From Minisyncoccota bacterium (GTDB taxonomy: Bacteria; Patescibacteriota; Minisyncoccia; UBA6257), in assembly GCA_028694995.1 (NCBI GenBank), contig JAQVJU010000001.1, forward strand, positions 173,318-237,317: 64,000 nt of DNA, in the 5' to 3' direction. The notes below the pieces were generated by a model. It saw only the letters and a program-made list of their open reading frames with translations, made no database searches and had not been told where the DNA came from. How positions within the stretch are numbered: position 1 is the first letter of the stretch; each line of letters starts with the position of its first letter. The position numbers were made by a program, and so were the translations under genes. Shown here piece after piece: positions 28,904 through 40,076 of this stretch.

Positions 28904-29619
28904 TGAAAGGTCCAAATTTTAAAAAAATTGAAAAAATAATCGGGGTTCAGTTTAAGAACATAGATTTATTAAAACAAGCTCTGACTCATCGTTCTTTTTT
29001 AAATGAGCATCCAGAGTGGCTAGATATAGGGCATAATGAAAAATTAGAATTTTTAGGTGATGCGGTTATTGGATTAATCACCGCAGAATATTTGTATAAA
29101 AAATACCCTCAACTTCAAGAAGGGGAATTAACCAGTTTAAGAGCAGCGCTTATTAATGGTAATTCTCTTTTAGAAGCAGCAGCAGAAACAGGTATTCAGG
29201 ATTATCTTTTGGTTTCTAAAGGAGAAAAAAAAGAATTAAAAAAACACCAACCCTATTTCCTAGCTAATGCGATTGAAGCCCTTGTTGGGGCTATTTATTT
29301 AGACCAAGGATATACAGAGGCGGAAAAGTTTGCTAAAAAATATCTCTTGGTTAAGGCAGATAAGATTTTTAAAACTAAAAGCTTTAGAGATCCTAAAAGT
29401 ATTTTTCAAGAAAAAAGTCAGGAAATCTTAAGTATTACGCCAACGTATAAATTAATAAAATCTTGGGGGCCTGATCATGCAAAGCAATTTGAGATAGGGG
29501 TTTATTTGAAAGATAAATTAATAGCTCAGGGTGAAGGGTGTTCTAAACAAGAAGCTGAGGTTCAGGCAGCAGAAAAGGCGCTTTTAAAAAAAGAATGGCA
29601 GGAGAAAGCAAAGAAATAA
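28903..29619 (+). CDS. rnc: Ribonuclease III
   Basis: LTHRSF, NEKLEFLGDAV, a C-terminal dsRBD, and a TAATG overlap with nusB. Confidence 0.9.
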   Translation: MKGPNFKKIEKIIGVQFKNIDLLKQALTHRSFLNEHPEWLDIGHNEKLEFLGDAVIGLITAEYLYKKYPQLQEGELTSLRAALINGNSLLEAAAETGIQDYLLVSKGEKKELKKHQPYFLANAIEALVGAIYLDQGYTEAEKFAKKYLLVKADKIFKTKSFRDPKSIFQEKSQEILSITPTYKLIKSWGPDHAKQFEIGVYLKDKLIAQGEGCSKQEAEVQAAEKALLKKEWQEKAKK

Positions 29620-29635
29620 AGTAAAAGTTATCTTA

Positions 29636-31738
29636 ATGTTTTTAAAGCAGATTGTTTTAAAGAATTTTAAATCTTTTTCTGGAAAAAATGTTTTAGATTT
29701 TCCAGTTTTTTTTACAGCAATAGTTGGTCCTAATGGTTCAGGTAAATCCAATGTTGTTGATGCAATTCGTTGGGCTTTAGGAGAGCAGAGTTTTAAGAAT
29801 TTAAGAATAAGTCGGGGAAGTGATTTAATTTTTTCTAGCAATAAAAAGAATTTTAGCGCTGGTTTTACTGAAGTAGAATTAATTTTTGATAACAAGCAAG
29901 GGTTGTTTCCTTTGGAATTTTCAGAAGTTTGTATTACCAGGAGAATAGACCGTGAGGAAAATAATAGCTATTTTCTCAATCATCAACCTTGTCGTCTTAA
30001 GGATATTATTGAAATCTCAGCCACAGCCAAATTAGGTTTAAAAGGATTTTCAATTATTAATCAAGGATCAGTAGATCATATCTTAAGAGTTTCTGCTCAG
30101 GAAAGAAGAATAATGCTAGAAGAAGATTTAGGGCTTAAAAACTTGGGTATTAAAAAAGAAGAAGCTAAAAGAAAATTAGAAAGCACTTTGATTAATCTTG
30201 ATAAAATCCAGGCTTTGAGGCAGGAAATCCTTCCTCATCTAAGATCGTTAAAAAGACAAGTTAATCGATGGGAAAAGATAGAGAAAATAAAAACTGAGCT
30301 TTCTCTGCTTGAAAACAAATATTTTATTAATCTTTATAACCGATTATTAAAAGAAAGAAATACTTCTCCTTTGGATTTTAATGCAATTAAGAATAAGATA
30401 GAAAATCTAGAAAAAGAAATTCAAGAACAAAGTAAGGTTATAGGGTTAATTGATAATCAAGAAGATAAAGATTTAGAAACAGAAATTAGAAACTTAACAA
30501 AAGAAATTATTGATTTACAAAACCAAAGGTCAGTTTTATTAAGAGATTTAGGAAGACAAGAAGCAGTATCTGATAAACAAGTTAGTGGCCAGGATTTTGA
30601 AAAAAAACTCCATTCTTTAAAAGAAGAATTAAAATCTTGGCTTTCATTATTTGATTTAGAAAAGATAAAAGAAAAAATCAATTACTTAATTGAAGATTTA
30701 AATTCTTTTCTTGATTTTTCAGATAAGCCTCAAGAGATAGAAAATACAAAAATACAAAAAATTCAATTTGAATTAGAAAAGATAGAAAAAGAATTAAGAA
30801 ATCAGAATGAACAATTAAATAAATTGCAAGAACAACAAAATGAACAGAGCCTAGAGTTTAGGAAAAAATTTCAGGAAATAGAATTAAAAAGAACAGAAAA
30901 AGAAAGATTGTATCGGGAGATGCAAAGAGAAGAAATTTTAAATGAAAAATTTGAGCTTCATTTGGAAGATTTTAAGAGACGACTCAAAGAATCAAATTTT
31001 GAGTTTGATGATTTTGAAAAGAATTATCAAAACACTCAAGAAGAAATGATTACCGATGAGGCATTAAATATTCTTGAAAGGAAGATCTGGAAAGGAAAAC
31101 AAGAACTTATTGAAGCTGGCGCTGAAGATGAAAATATTATTGCTGAATACCATGAGGTCTCAGAGCGTTATAATTTCCTAAATCAACAAATAAATGATTT
31201 AAATAAGGGGACAGAAGATTTGCAATCTTTGATTAAAGAATTGGAAAAGCAAATTGAAGAAAAATTCAATGAAGCCATTAAAGAAATAAATGAACAATTC
31301 AATCATTATTTCCGTTTGATATTTAATGGCGGCGCAGCAAAATTAGTTCAGAAAAGAGAGCAAACCGATAATGGAAATTTGAATTGGGGCATTGATATTA
31401 AAATCAATATTCCAAAAACACAGTTAAAGAGTTTAGAAATACTTTCTGGAGGTGAAAAAACACTAGTGGCCATTTGTTTGTTATTTGCCTTGGTCAAACA
31501 ATCAAAAGCTCCCTTATTAGTAGTTGATGAGATTGACGCAGCCTTAGATGAGGAAAATAGTCGGCGTTTTGCTGAAATTCTAAAAGCTTTAAATCAAAAA
31601 ACTCAATTTATAATCATCACTCATAATCGGATGACAATGAGCGCGGTTCAGGCAATTTATGGAGTGACTTTGACAGCAGATGATTGTTCTCAATTGTTTT
31701 CTTTGAAATTAGAAGAAGCAAAAGCCCTAGCAGAATAA
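29636..31738 (+). CDS. SMC-family ATPase, short (700 aa), with no recognisable hinge or zinc hook
   Basis: N-terminal head FKSF...GPNGSGKSNVVDAIRWALGEQS and C-terminal head LSGGEKTLVAICLLFAL...LLVVDEIDAALDEEN. The about 450 aa in between are purely coiled-coil, with no cysteines or glycine-rich hinge. Confidence 0.75.
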   Translation: MFLKQIVLKNFKSFSGKNVLDFPVFFTAIVGPNGSGKSNVVDAIRWALGEQSFKNLRISRGSDLIFSSNKKNFSAGFTEVELIFDNKQGLFPLEFSEVCITRRIDREENNSYFLNHQPCRLKDIIEISATAKLGLKGFSIINQGSVDHILRVSAQERRIMLEEDLGLKNLGIKKEEAKRKLESTLINLDKIQALRQEILPHLRSLKRQVNRWEKIEKIKTELSLLENKYFINLYNRLLKERNTSPLDFNAIKNKIENLEKEIQEQSKVIGLIDNQEDKDLETEIRNLTKEIIDLQNQRSVLLRDLGRQEAVSDKQVSGQDFEKKLHSLKEELKSWLSLFDLEKIKEKINYLIEDLNSFLDFSDKPQEIENTKIQKIQFELEKIEKELRNQNEQLNKLQEQQNEQSLEFRKKFQEIELKRTEKERLYREMQREEILNEKFELHLEDFKRRLKESNFEFDDFEKNYQNTQEEMITDEALNILERKIWKGKQELIEAGAEDENIIAEYHEVSERYNFLNQQINDLNKGTEDLQSLIKELEKQIEEKFNEAIKEINEQFNHYFRLIFNGGAAKLVQKREQTDNGNLNWGIDIKINIPKTQLKSLEILSGGEKTLVAICLLFALVKQSKAPLLVVDEIDAALDEENSRRFAEILKALNQKTQFIIITHNRMTMSAVQAIYGVTLTADDCSQLFSLKLEEAKALAE

Positions 31739-31856
31739 GTTGACTTTTGAAGATTGTTAATTTATCATTATTAAAGAGAGGTAGCTGATGAAAGGAAGGG
31801 TCGACGGCTACTTTATTGTTAAGTAAAGAATCAAGAAAATTATTAATTCAGGAAAC

Positions 31857-32177
31857 ATGGCAGAATTACCTGTTGATCAAAAATTACTTGAGTTCATCAT
31901 TAAAAATATAGTCAGCAAACCAGAAGCAGTCCAGGTGGATCGAAAAGTAGATGAGATGGGCGTTTTGCTTTCTTTAAAAGTTGATCCTGATGACATGGCT
32001 CAGATTATTGGCCGTCAGGGATCAATGGCTAAGGCTTTAAGAACAATTCTTAAAGTGGCTGGGGCTAAAAATAAAGCTCGAGTAAATCTTAAGATCGAAG
32101 AACCAGCTGGTTCTTCAAGAGTAAGCCGAGAGGCAGAAAAAATGGCAGAAGATATAGGCAATGATTTGAAAATCTAA
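31857..32177 (+). CDS. KH-domain RNA-binding protein (KhpA/YlqC-like, UPF0109)
   Basis: GVLLSLKVDPDDMAQIIGRQGSMAKALRTILK carries a KH GxxG core. It sits in the conserved neighbourhood upstream of trmD. Confidence 0.65.
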   Translation: MAELPVDQKLLEFIIKNIVSKPEAVQVDRKVDEMGVLLSLKVDPDDMAQIIGRQGSMAKALRTILKVAGAKNKARVNLKIEEPAGSSRVSREAEKMAEDIGNDLKI

Positions 32178-32249
32178 TTTAACCCTTCGGTTGAAAAATT
32201 TTTAAAACTGCGGTATGATACAAAATACTGCAGTTTTTATTATGAAATT

Positions 32250-32939
32250 ATGCATTTTGATATTTTAACTATTTTCCCAGAGGTTTTTAAAACATATTTT
32301 GAAACTTCTATTATTAAAAGAGCTCAAGAAAAGAAGATTGTAAAGATTAATATTCATAACCTTCGAGATTGGACAAATGATTCTCATCAAAGCGTTGATG
32401 ATGTTCCTTTTGGCGGAGGAGTGGGCATGATTTTTAAAGTTGAGCCAATATTTCAAGCAGTCAAAGATTTAAAAAAGAAACAAAAGAAAAAAAAGTGCCA
32501 GGTGATTCTTTTTTCTGCTAAAGGGAAAAAATTAAACCAGAAAAAAGCTAAGGAATTAGCTCAAAATGATAGGTTGATTCTTATCTGCCCTCGTTATGAA
32601 GGAGTTGATGAAAGAGTGGCTAAATATATTGCTGATGAAGAAATTTCTATTGGTGATTATATTTTAACTGGTGGAGAATTACCAGCAATGGTTTTAGTTG
32701 ATTGTGTGGTGCGTTTACTTCCTGGAGCGATTAAAGAAGAATCTTTATTAGAAGAATCTTTTGCTCCAAATCTTGAATCATTGGGAGAATATCCTCAATA
32801 TACAAGACCAGCTGTTTTTTATCCAAAAAAGAATAATAAAAAAATATCTTGGCAGGTGCCTAAAGTTTTAACTTCTGGCAACCATCAGAAGATTCAAGAG
32901 TGGAAAACTAAGCATTTTAAAAAAATACCAAAAAGATGA
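32250..32939 (+). CDS. trmD: tRNA (guanine37-N1)-methyltransferase TrmD
   Basis: MHFDILTIFPEVF...; the SPOUT fold includes the DYILTGGELPAMVL motif. Confidence 0.9.
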   Translation: MHFDILTIFPEVFKTYFETSIIKRAQEKKIVKINIHNLRDWTNDSHQSVDDVPFGGGVGMIFKVEPIFQAVKDLKKKQKKKKCQVILFSAKGKKLNQKKAKELAQNDRLILICPRYEGVDERVAKYIADEEISIGDYILTGGELPAMVLVDCVVRLLPGAIKEESLLEESFAPNLESLGEYPQYTRPAVFYPKKNNKKISWQVPKVLTSGNHQKIQEWKTKHFKKIPKR

Positions 32940-33151
32940 TTCTTTTATCTTTTAGGGCAAATGGCAATCAATTTGAGGTTAAAGTGGAAAAAGGTGAAGA
33001 TTTGCTAATTGCTCTTGACAAATTATTTAAAAAGCATAGAATAGGAAAGGAAAGTGTCAGTAATTGGCAATTAAATTTTTCTAAAGAAAAAAGCATTATT
33101 TCTAAAAGAATTGCCCAATCTATTGTTAATGCGTTAAAATTTACGGCCTGA
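32936..33151 (+). CDS. Hypothetical small protein (71 aa), start-stop overlap with trmD
   Basis: The only support is an ATGA overlap with trmD. No recognisable motif. It is not L19, which normally follows trmD. Confidence 0.3.
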   Translation: MILLSFRANGNQFEVKVEKGEDLLIALDKLFKKHRIGKESVSNWQLNFSKEKSIISKRIAQSIVNALKFTA

Positions 33152-33204
33152 AAATTAAAAAGGTCTTCTTATTTTTTATAAGCTTATTTAATATTTAATT
33201 ATCA

Positions 33205-36200
33205 ATGATAACAAATTTTTCCCGTTGTTCCCGGAGGGTTTTAGAGCCACCGCGATTAACTCAATTCCAAACAGATTCTTTTAATTGGTTTTTAAAAGAA
33301 GGCATCAGTGAAGTTTTTAAAGAGCTATTTCCGATAAAAGATTATTCGGGAAAAGATTTGGAATTGGGTTTTTTAAATTATTATTTTGAAAATCCTAAGA
33401 TATCAGAGAAACAAGCAAAGGAAAAAGGATTAAATTATGATTCTACTCTTAGAGTAAAATTACAATTGATTCAGAAAAATTCAGGCATTAGCAGAGAACA
33501 AGAAGTTTATTTTGGAGAAATTCCAGTGATGACCCCTCGAGGGACTTTTATTATTAATGGAGTGGAAAAAGTAGTTATTTCTCAAATTAACCGATCTCCT
33601 GGAGTGTATTTTTCCGCAGTTAATGTAAGAGGGAAGAGAGTTTTTAACGCTAAGATAATTCCTAATCATGGGGCTTGGTTAGAATTTGAAACAGATAAAG
33701 ATGGAGTGATAAGCGTAAAGATAGATAGAAAAAGGAAAATTCCCGTGACAACGCTCTTAAGGATTTTTGGTTTAGAAAGCAATAAAGAGATAAAAAAAGT
33801 TTTTGAAAAAGAAGAAGAAAAATCAGAAATCAAACATATAGAAAATACTTTAAAAAAAGATTTGGCCTCTGATAAAGAAGAAGGCTATATTGAAATTTAT
33901 CGTTATCAAAGGCCAGGAGAACTGGCAACTTTTGATAATGCTTATGATTTAATAAACAATATGTTTTTCCGATCAGATAGATATGATTTGGCAAAAGTTG
34001 GTCGCTATAAGATGAATCAACGTCTTGATCTTGAAACTTCTTTTGAACAAAGAAGTTTAACTCAAGAAGATTTAATTTCAATCATTAAAGAAATCATTAG
34101 ATTAAATAATGATGAAGAAGCCTTAGAAGATGATATTGACCATTTAGGCAATAGAAGGGTTAAGGCAGTAGGGGAAATCTTATCTGAAAGAGTTAGAGTG
34201 GGTTTAATGAGAATGCGTCGTACAATTCAAGATCGAATGGCAGTTTTAGACCCAGAGGTTTTAATGCCAGCTCAGTTAATTAATCCTCATCAGTTGGTAA
34301 ATGTGATTCGGGAATTCTTTAATGTTTCTCAGCTTTGTCAATTCATGGAACAGATGAACATGCTTTCAGAGCTTGAGCATAAAAGAAGGGTGACTAGTAT
34401 GGGACCTGGAGGTTTGGTTAGAGAAAGAGCTGGATTAGAAGTTAGAGATATTCAAACTAGCCATTATGGACGCTTATGTCCTATTCAAACTCCAGAAGGA
34501 CAGAACATAGGATTGGTTCTTTCTTTATCTCTTTATGCTCGTTTAAATGAATTTGGTTTTATAGAAACACCATATATTAAAGTGGCAAATGGACAATTAA
34601 CAGGAGAAATTGTTTGGTTAAATGCCTTTGAAGAATTAAAACATAAAATTGCTCATGGAGCAGTTAAAGTTAGTGACAAAGGGAAAATTGAAGAAGAATG
34701 GATTGGCGCCAGGGTTAGAGGTGAGCCAACTTTAATTAAAAACAAAGAAGTTGATTTAATGGATGTTTCTTGTCAGCAAATTATCTCAGTTGCTGTAAGC
34801 TTGATTCCTTTTCTAGAACATGATGAGTCAAACAGAGCTTTAATGGGGGCTAATATGCAAAGGCAAGCAGTGCCTTGCGTTAGAGCTCAAGCGCCCTTAG
34901 TGGCTACAGGCATTGAAAACAAGGTTGCTTTTGAATCAGGCCAATGTTTGATTAGTGAAGAAGATGGAATTGTTGAAGAAGTTGATGCTAGTCATATTAC
35001 AATTAAACTTGCTAATAGTAAAAAAGAAGATAAACGGGTTTATGAACTTACTAATTTTGGCCGAAGTAATAAAAACAGCTGGTTAATGCACAAGCCAATA
35101 GTTAAAAAGGGAGATAAGGTAAAAAAAGGAGATATTTTAGCTGATGGAGCAGCTACTAAGCAAGGGATGTTAGCCTTGGGTCAGAATTTATTAGTTGCCT
35201 TTATGCCTTTTTTTGGTGCTAATTATGAAGATGCGATTGTTATTTCAGAAAGAGTTTTAAGAAATGACAATTTCTCTTCTGTGTATTTAGAAGAATTTAC
35301 TTGTGATGTGGTAGAAACTAAATTAGGTCCGGAGATGACTACTCGGGATATTCCAAATGTTTCTGAAGAAAAATTAAAAAACTTAGATGAGGAAGGGATT
35401 ATTAGAATTGGAGCTGAAGTAAAAGGAGGGGATATTTTAGTAGGTAAAATTTCTCCAAAAGGCAAGGCAGAATTAACTTCTGAAGAAAGATTATTACAGG
35501 CTATCTTTGGAGAACAAATGAAAGACATTAAAGACACTTCTTTGGTTTTAGATCCCTCGCGTCAAGGACGAGTTGTTAGGACTAAAATATTATCTCGTAA
35601 AGAAGGAGATAAGTTAAAAGTGGGAGTGATTAAAAAAATCAGTGTTGAGATTGCTGAATTAAGAAATATTATGGCTGGTGATAAATTAGCTGGACGTCAT
35701 GGAAATAAAGGAGTGATTTCGGTTATTGTGCCAGAAGAAGATATGCCTTATTTAGAAGATGGCACACCAATTGATGTCATTTTAAATCCACTAGGTATTG
35801 GTAGTCGTATGAATATTGGACAGGTTTTTGAAAATCATTTAGGCTTGGCTGCTCATAAATTAGGTTATCAAGCAATTAGCCCAGCTTTAGACGGAGCAAC
35901 AGAAGAGGATATAAAAAGTGAATTGAAAAAAGCTGGAATTCCTGAAGATGGAAAGGTTGTTTTATATAATGGAAAAACAGGTGAATCTTTTGATAAAAGA
36001 GTAGCTGTGGGCATGATGTATATTATGAAATTAGAGCATATGGTGCAGGATAAAGTTCATATGCGAGCTATTGGTTCTTATTCTTTAATTACTCAACAGC
36101 CTTTAGGGGGTAGAGCTCATCATGGTGGTCAGAGATTTGGAGAAATGGAAGTTTGGGCTTTAGAAGGTTATGGTTCAGCTTATACTTTACAAGAAATGCT

Positions 36201-36387
36201 AACTATTAAATCTGATGATGTTTTAGGCAGAGGAGCGACTTATGAAGCTATTATCAAAGGTGAGAAAATCAAAAGCCCAAATATTCCAGCTGCTTTTGAT
36301 GTGATTTTAAAAGAATTACAAGCCTTAGGTTTGGCGTCTAATTTAATTGGAGTTAAAACTGAAGAAGAAAAAACACCAGAGGAATAA
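33205..36387 (+). CDS. rpoB: DNA-directed RNA polymerase beta subunit
   Basis: GNRRVKAVGE, RLCPIQTPEG and NMQRQAVP, with beta' immediately downstream. Confidence 0.97.
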   Translation: MITNFSRCSRRVLEPPRLTQFQTDSFNWFLKEGISEVFKELFPIKDYSGKDLELGFLNYYFENPKISEKQAKEKGLNYDSTLRVKLQLIQKNSGISREQEVYFGEIPVMTPRGTFIINGVEKVVISQINRSPGVYFSAVNVRGKRVFNAKIIPNHGAWLEFETDKDGVISVKIDRKRKIPVTTLLRIFGLESNKEIKKVFEKEEEKSEIKHIENTLKKDLASDKEEGYIEIYRYQRPGELATFDNAYDLINNMFFRSDRYDLAKVGRYKMNQRLDLETSFEQRSLTQEDLISIIKEIIRLNNDEEALEDDIDHLGNRRVKAVGEILSERVRVGLMRMRRTIQDRMAVLDPEVLMPAQLINPHQLVNVIREFFNVSQLCQFMEQMNMLSELEHKRRVTSMGPGGLVRERAGLEVRDIQTSHYGRLCPIQTPEGQNIGLVLSLSLYARLNEFGFIETPYIKVANGQLTGEIVWLNAFEELKHKIAHGAVKVSDKGKIEEEWIGARVRGEPTLIKNKEVDLMDVSCQQIISVAVSLIPFLEHDESNRALMGANMQRQAVPCVRAQAPLVATGIENKVAFESGQCLISEEDGIVEEVDASHITIKLANSKKEDKRVYELTNFGRSNKNSWLMHKPIVKKGDKVKKGDILADGAATKQGMLALGQNLLVAFMPFFGANYEDAIVISERVLRNDNFSSVYLEEFTCDVVETKLGPEMTTRDIPNVSEEKLKNLDEEGIIRIGAEVKGGDILVGKISPKGKAELTSEERLLQAIFGEQMKDIKDTSLVLDPSRQGRVVRTKILSRKEGDKLKVGVIKKISVEIAELRNIMAGDKLAGRHGNKGVISVIVPEEDMPYLEDGTPIDVILNPLGIGSRMNIGQVFENHLGLAAHKLGYQAISPALDGATEEDIKSELKKAGIPEDGKVVLYNGKTGESFDKRVAVGMMYIMKLEHMVQDKVHMRAIGSYSLITQQPLGGRAHHGGQRFGEMEVWALEGYGSAYTLQEMLTIKSDDVLGRGATYEAIIKGEKIKSPNIPAAFDVILKELQALGLASNLIGVKTEEEKTPEE

Positions 36388-36402
36388 TTTATATAAACTT
36401 AG

Positions 36403-39400
36403 ATGAATATGCAAAAAGACAAAGAAACACAAATAAGAGATTTTGAAGCTTTGAGCTTAAAAATAGCCTCTCCAGAGGAGATTTTGTCTTGGTCTTATAA
36501 CGAAATGGCAAAAACTTATGGCGAGGTGGTTAAAGCAGAAACCATAAATTATCGCACTCAAAAACCAGAAAAAGAAGGGTTGTTTTCAGAGCAGATTTTT
36601 GGGCCAGTTAAAGATTATGAATGCGCTTGCGGTAAATACCGAGGGGCTCATTATAGGGGTATTGTTTGTGATCGTTGCGGAGTGGAGATAACCCGTTCTT
36701 TTGTCAGAAGGGAAAAAATGGGACATATTAAATTAGCCACACCAGTGGTGCATATTTGGTTTTTAAGAAGTGTGCCTTCAAGAATTGGATTGATTTTAAA
36801 TGTTCCAATGAATGCTTTGGAAAGAGTGGTTTATTATAACAGTTATATCGTTACTTCTATTGACGAAGAGGCTAAAAAGAGAGTTTTAGCAGAGATAGAA
36901 ACAGAATATCAATCTAAATTAAAAAGTTGGCCAGCAAAACAAAAAAAAGAATTAACTGAATCTTTAACCGAAGCTAAAGGAGAAATTGAATCCATAAAAT
37001 TAAAAACAATCTTTTCTGAAATTGAATACATAAATTTATCAAAAAAATACGGAGAAGTTTTTACAGCAGAAACAGGAAGCGAGCCTTTAAGAAAATTATT
37101 AGAGCAGATAGATCTTAAAAAATTAGAAAAAGAATTAACAGCAGAGATAGACAAAAAAAAGTCAAAAACTACTGATAAAAAAGTTTTAGCCCGTTTGAAA
37201 TTAGTTAAAGGTTTTCTTGATTCAGGAACACGACCAGAGTGGATGTTTTTAACAATTCTTCCAGTATTGCCACCAGATTTAAGACCAATGGTTCAATTAG
37301 AAGGAGGCAAGTTTGCCACCTCTGATTTAAATGATTTATATCGTCGAGTTATTAATCGTAATAATCGTTTAAAAAAATTATTAGAGCTTAAGGCGCCAGA
37401 GGTAATAATTAAAAATGAAAAAAGAATGCTTCAAGAAGCTGTTGATGCTTTAATTGATAATTCAATTAGAAAAACATCAGGAACAACTTCTATGCATTCA
37501 GCTCAACACAGACCTCTTCGGTCTTTGGCTGATGTTTTGCAAGGCAAACAGGGTCGTTTTCGTCAAAATCTTTTAGGTAAGAGAGTAGATTATTCAGGTC
37601 GTTCAGTTATTGTTATTGGTCCAGAATTAAAGATTCATGAATGCGGTTTGCCTAAAAAAATGGCCTTGGAGTTATTTAAACCTTTTGTGGCCAGTGAATT
37701 AATTAAAAGGGAGATAGTTTTTAATCCCCGGGCAGCTAATCGTTTAATAGAAGAAGAGCCAGATGTAGTTTGGGAAATATTAGAAAAAATAGTTAAAGGA
37801 AGATATGTTTTATTGAATAGAGCGCCAACGCTTCATCGCTTAAGCATTCAGGCTTTTAAACCTAAATTAATAGAAGGTTTGGCTATTCAAATCCCGGCTT
37901 TAGTTACGCCGCCTTTTAATGCAGACTTTGATGGAGATCAAATGGCTGTTCATGTGCCTTTGTCAGAAGAAGCTCAAAGAGAGAGTGAAACAAGAATGAT
38001 GGCAAATCTGGGATTAATAAAGCCAGCTAATGGCGAACCAGCTATGTTGCCGCGACATGAAATGATTTTAGGCATTTATTGGTTGACAATGGATTTTTCC
38101 GAAGAGATTAAAGAGGAAAAAGAATTGAAAACATTTTCTAGTGAAAAAGAAGCTTTGTTTGCTTATGAGTATAAAAAGATAGATCTTCATGAAGCGATTA
38201 GAGCAAAGATTTCTAAAGAAGATAATAAGTTAACAACTACCACGGTTGGAAGAATTATCTTTAATGAAGCTTTGCCCAAAGAATTTCCTTTTTATAACAA
38301 GCAGTTAGCAGTAAAAGAAATGAAACAGGTAGCCAAAGAAATACTTGGCTATTATAAAGATTTTAAAAAGAGCGCTGAAGTATTGGATGCTATAAAAGAT
38401 TTGGGTTTTCATTATGCTACTTTGTCTGGTATTTCTTGGGGACTTACTGATTTGAGAATACCAAAGGAAAAACCAGCTATTTTAGCGGAAACTTCAAAGA
38501 AAGTAGAAGAGATAATTAATCAATATCGGGAAGGATTTTTAACCTCACAAGAAAGAAAAGACTTAATAAAGACTCAATGGTGGCAGGCGTCTAATCAGGT
38601 TTCTGCTCTTGTTGAAAAATCTTTGGAAAAAAATGATTCAATCTACATTTTCTTTAATTCTGGCGCCAAAGGCAACTGGGGCATTGCCGCTCAGATTATG
38701 GGCATGAAAGGATTGGTAGTTGATCCTTTAGGACGCTCAATAGAAATGCCTATCTTATCCTCTCATCAGGAAGGATTTAATGTTTTGGAATATTTTGCCG
38801 CTTCTCATGGTGGTCGAAAAGGATTGGCTGATACAGCATTAAAAACTTCTTTTGCTGGTTATTTGACTCGAAGATTAGTTGATGTGGCTCAGGATGTGAT
38901 AATCAAAGAAGAGGATTGTCGTTGTAAAAAAGGCCTTTTGGTTAATAGAAAAGAATGTGAGCTTGAAGATGTCAGTTTTGAAAAAAGAATCTTTGGAAGA
39001 TATTTAGCTCAAAATGTTGTTAATAAAAAAGGCACCATAATTCTTAAAGCTGGAGAATTGCTTGATGAATTGAATATGGAGAAAATATTAAAATCATCAA
39101 CAGAAGAAGTTATTGTTCGTTCTCCATTAAGTTGCGGATGTTTGGATGGGGTTTGCCAGAAATGTTATGGCATTGATTTGGCCTGGAGGAAACCAATAGA
39201 TTTAGGTGAGGCAGTGGGTATTGTGGCTGCGCAATCAATTGGCGAGCCTGGCACTCAATTAACCTTAAGGACTTTCCATACTGGTGGGGTGGCTCAGGCA
39301 ATAGACATTACCCAAGGTTTACCCAGGGTAGAAGAAATTTTTGAAGCTAGAGTTCCAAAAGGAGAAGCAGTTATTAGTGAAGTTGAAGGTACGGTAATGG

Positions 39401-40011
39401 ATATTAAAAAGGCAGGTCATGAAAAACATGTTGTGATTAAAACTAAAGAAGGAAAATCTTCTTTAGTTGAATATGCAATTCCTGAAAAAGTTACCTTATG
39501 GGTTAAGAAAGGGGAAACAGTTAAAAAGGGTGATCAGCTTAGTGAAGGTAATATTGATTTAAAGAAACTTTTAAAGGTTTTAGGCAGAGAAGCTTGTCAG
39601 CAATATATCTTAAAAGAAGTAAAGAAGGTTTATAATATTGCTGGGGAAGATATTAGTGAGAAACATTTTGAGATAATGATAAAACAGATGTTTTCTTTGG
39701 TGAAAATAACAGATAAAGGAGCAAGTGAATTTATTCCTGGAGAATTAGTTTCTAAGCGAGTATTTGAAGAAACAGCTAAGGAGTTAAAAACCGCTGGTAA
39801 AAAACAACCAAAATCAGAAGAAGTTTTAATGGGCATTAAAAATGTTGCCCTTAATTCAGAAAGTTTCTTATCAGCAGCTTCTTTCCAAGAAACCTCTCGT
39901 ACTTTGATTCGGGCAGCCATAGAAGGTAAAAAAGATTATCTGAAAGGATTAAAGGAAAATGTAATTATTGGGAGATTGATTCCTGCAGGAACTGGATTTA
40001 GAAAAAAATAA
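36403..40011 (+). CDS. rpoC: DNA-directed RNA polymerase beta' subunit
   Basis: Zinc finger CxC...CxxC, the [12 protein letters not shown] catalytic motif, and the trigger-loop region. Confidence 0.97.
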   Translation: MNMQKDKETQIRDFEALSLKIASPEEILSWSYNEMAKTYGEVVKAETINYRTQKPEKEGLFSEQIFGPVKDYECACGKYRGAHYRGIVCDRCGVEITRSFVRREKMGHIKLATPVVHIWFLRSVPSRIGLILNVPMNALERVVYYNSYIVTSIDEEAKKRVLAEIETEYQSKLKSWPAKQKKELTESLTEAKGEIESIKLKTIFSEIEYINLSKKYGEVFTAETGSEPLRKLLEQIDLKKLEKELTAEIDKKKSKTTDKKVLARLKLVKGFLDSGTRPEWMFLTILPVLPPDLRPMVQLEGGKFATSDLNDLYRRVINRNNRLKKLLELKAPEVIIKNEKRMLQEAVDALIDNSIRKTSGTTSMHSAQHRPLRSLADVLQGKQGRFRQNLLGKRVDYSGRSVIVIGPELKIHECGLPKKMALELFKPFVASELIKREIVFNPRAANRLIEEEPDVVWEILEKIVKGRYVLLNRAPTLHRLSIQAFKPKLIEGLAIQIPALVTPPFNADFDGDQMAVHVPLSEEAQRESETRMMANLGLIKPANGEPAMLPRHEMILGIYWLTMDFSEEIKEEKELKTFSSEKEALFAYEYKKIDLHEAIRAKISKEDNKLTTTTVGRIIFNEALPKEFPFYNKQLAVKEMKQVAKEILGYYKDFKKSAEVLDAIKDLGFHYATLSGISWGLTDLRIPKEKPAILAETSKKVEEIINQYREGFLTSQERKDLIKTQWWQASNQVSALVEKSLEKNDSIYIFFNSGAKGNWGIAAQIMGMKGLVVDPLGRSIEMPILSSHQEGFNVLEYFAASHGGRKGLADTALKTSFAGYLTRRLVDVAQDVIIKEEDCRCKKGLLVNRKECELEDVSFEKRIFGRYLAQNVVNKKGTIILKAGELLDELNMEKILKSSTEEVIVRSPLSCGCLDGVCQKCYGIDLAWRKPIDLGEAVGIVAAQSIGEPGTQLTLRTFHTGGVAQAIDITQGLPRVEEIFEARVPKGEAVISEVEGTVMDIKKAGHEKHVVIKTKEGKSSLVEYAIPEKVTLWVKKGETVKKGDQLSEGNIDLKKLLKVLGREACQQYILKEVKKVYNIAGEDISEKHFEIMIKQMFSLVKITDKGASEFIPGELVSKRVFEETAKELKTAGKKQPKSEEVLMGIKNVALNSESFLSAASFQETSRTLIRAAIEGKKDYLKGLKENVIIGRLIPAGTGFRKK

Positions 40012-40076
40012 ATTTTATTATATAATAGATATAAGAGCTAAATATATTAGCCATATGTTATAATTTAAATAGCAAA

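Noticed and set aside
31739-31856. Possible missing rpsP (S16) upstream of the KH protein
   Set aside because: The gap translates only to a 12-codon peptide (MKGRVDGYFIVK). No S16-like sequence is present.
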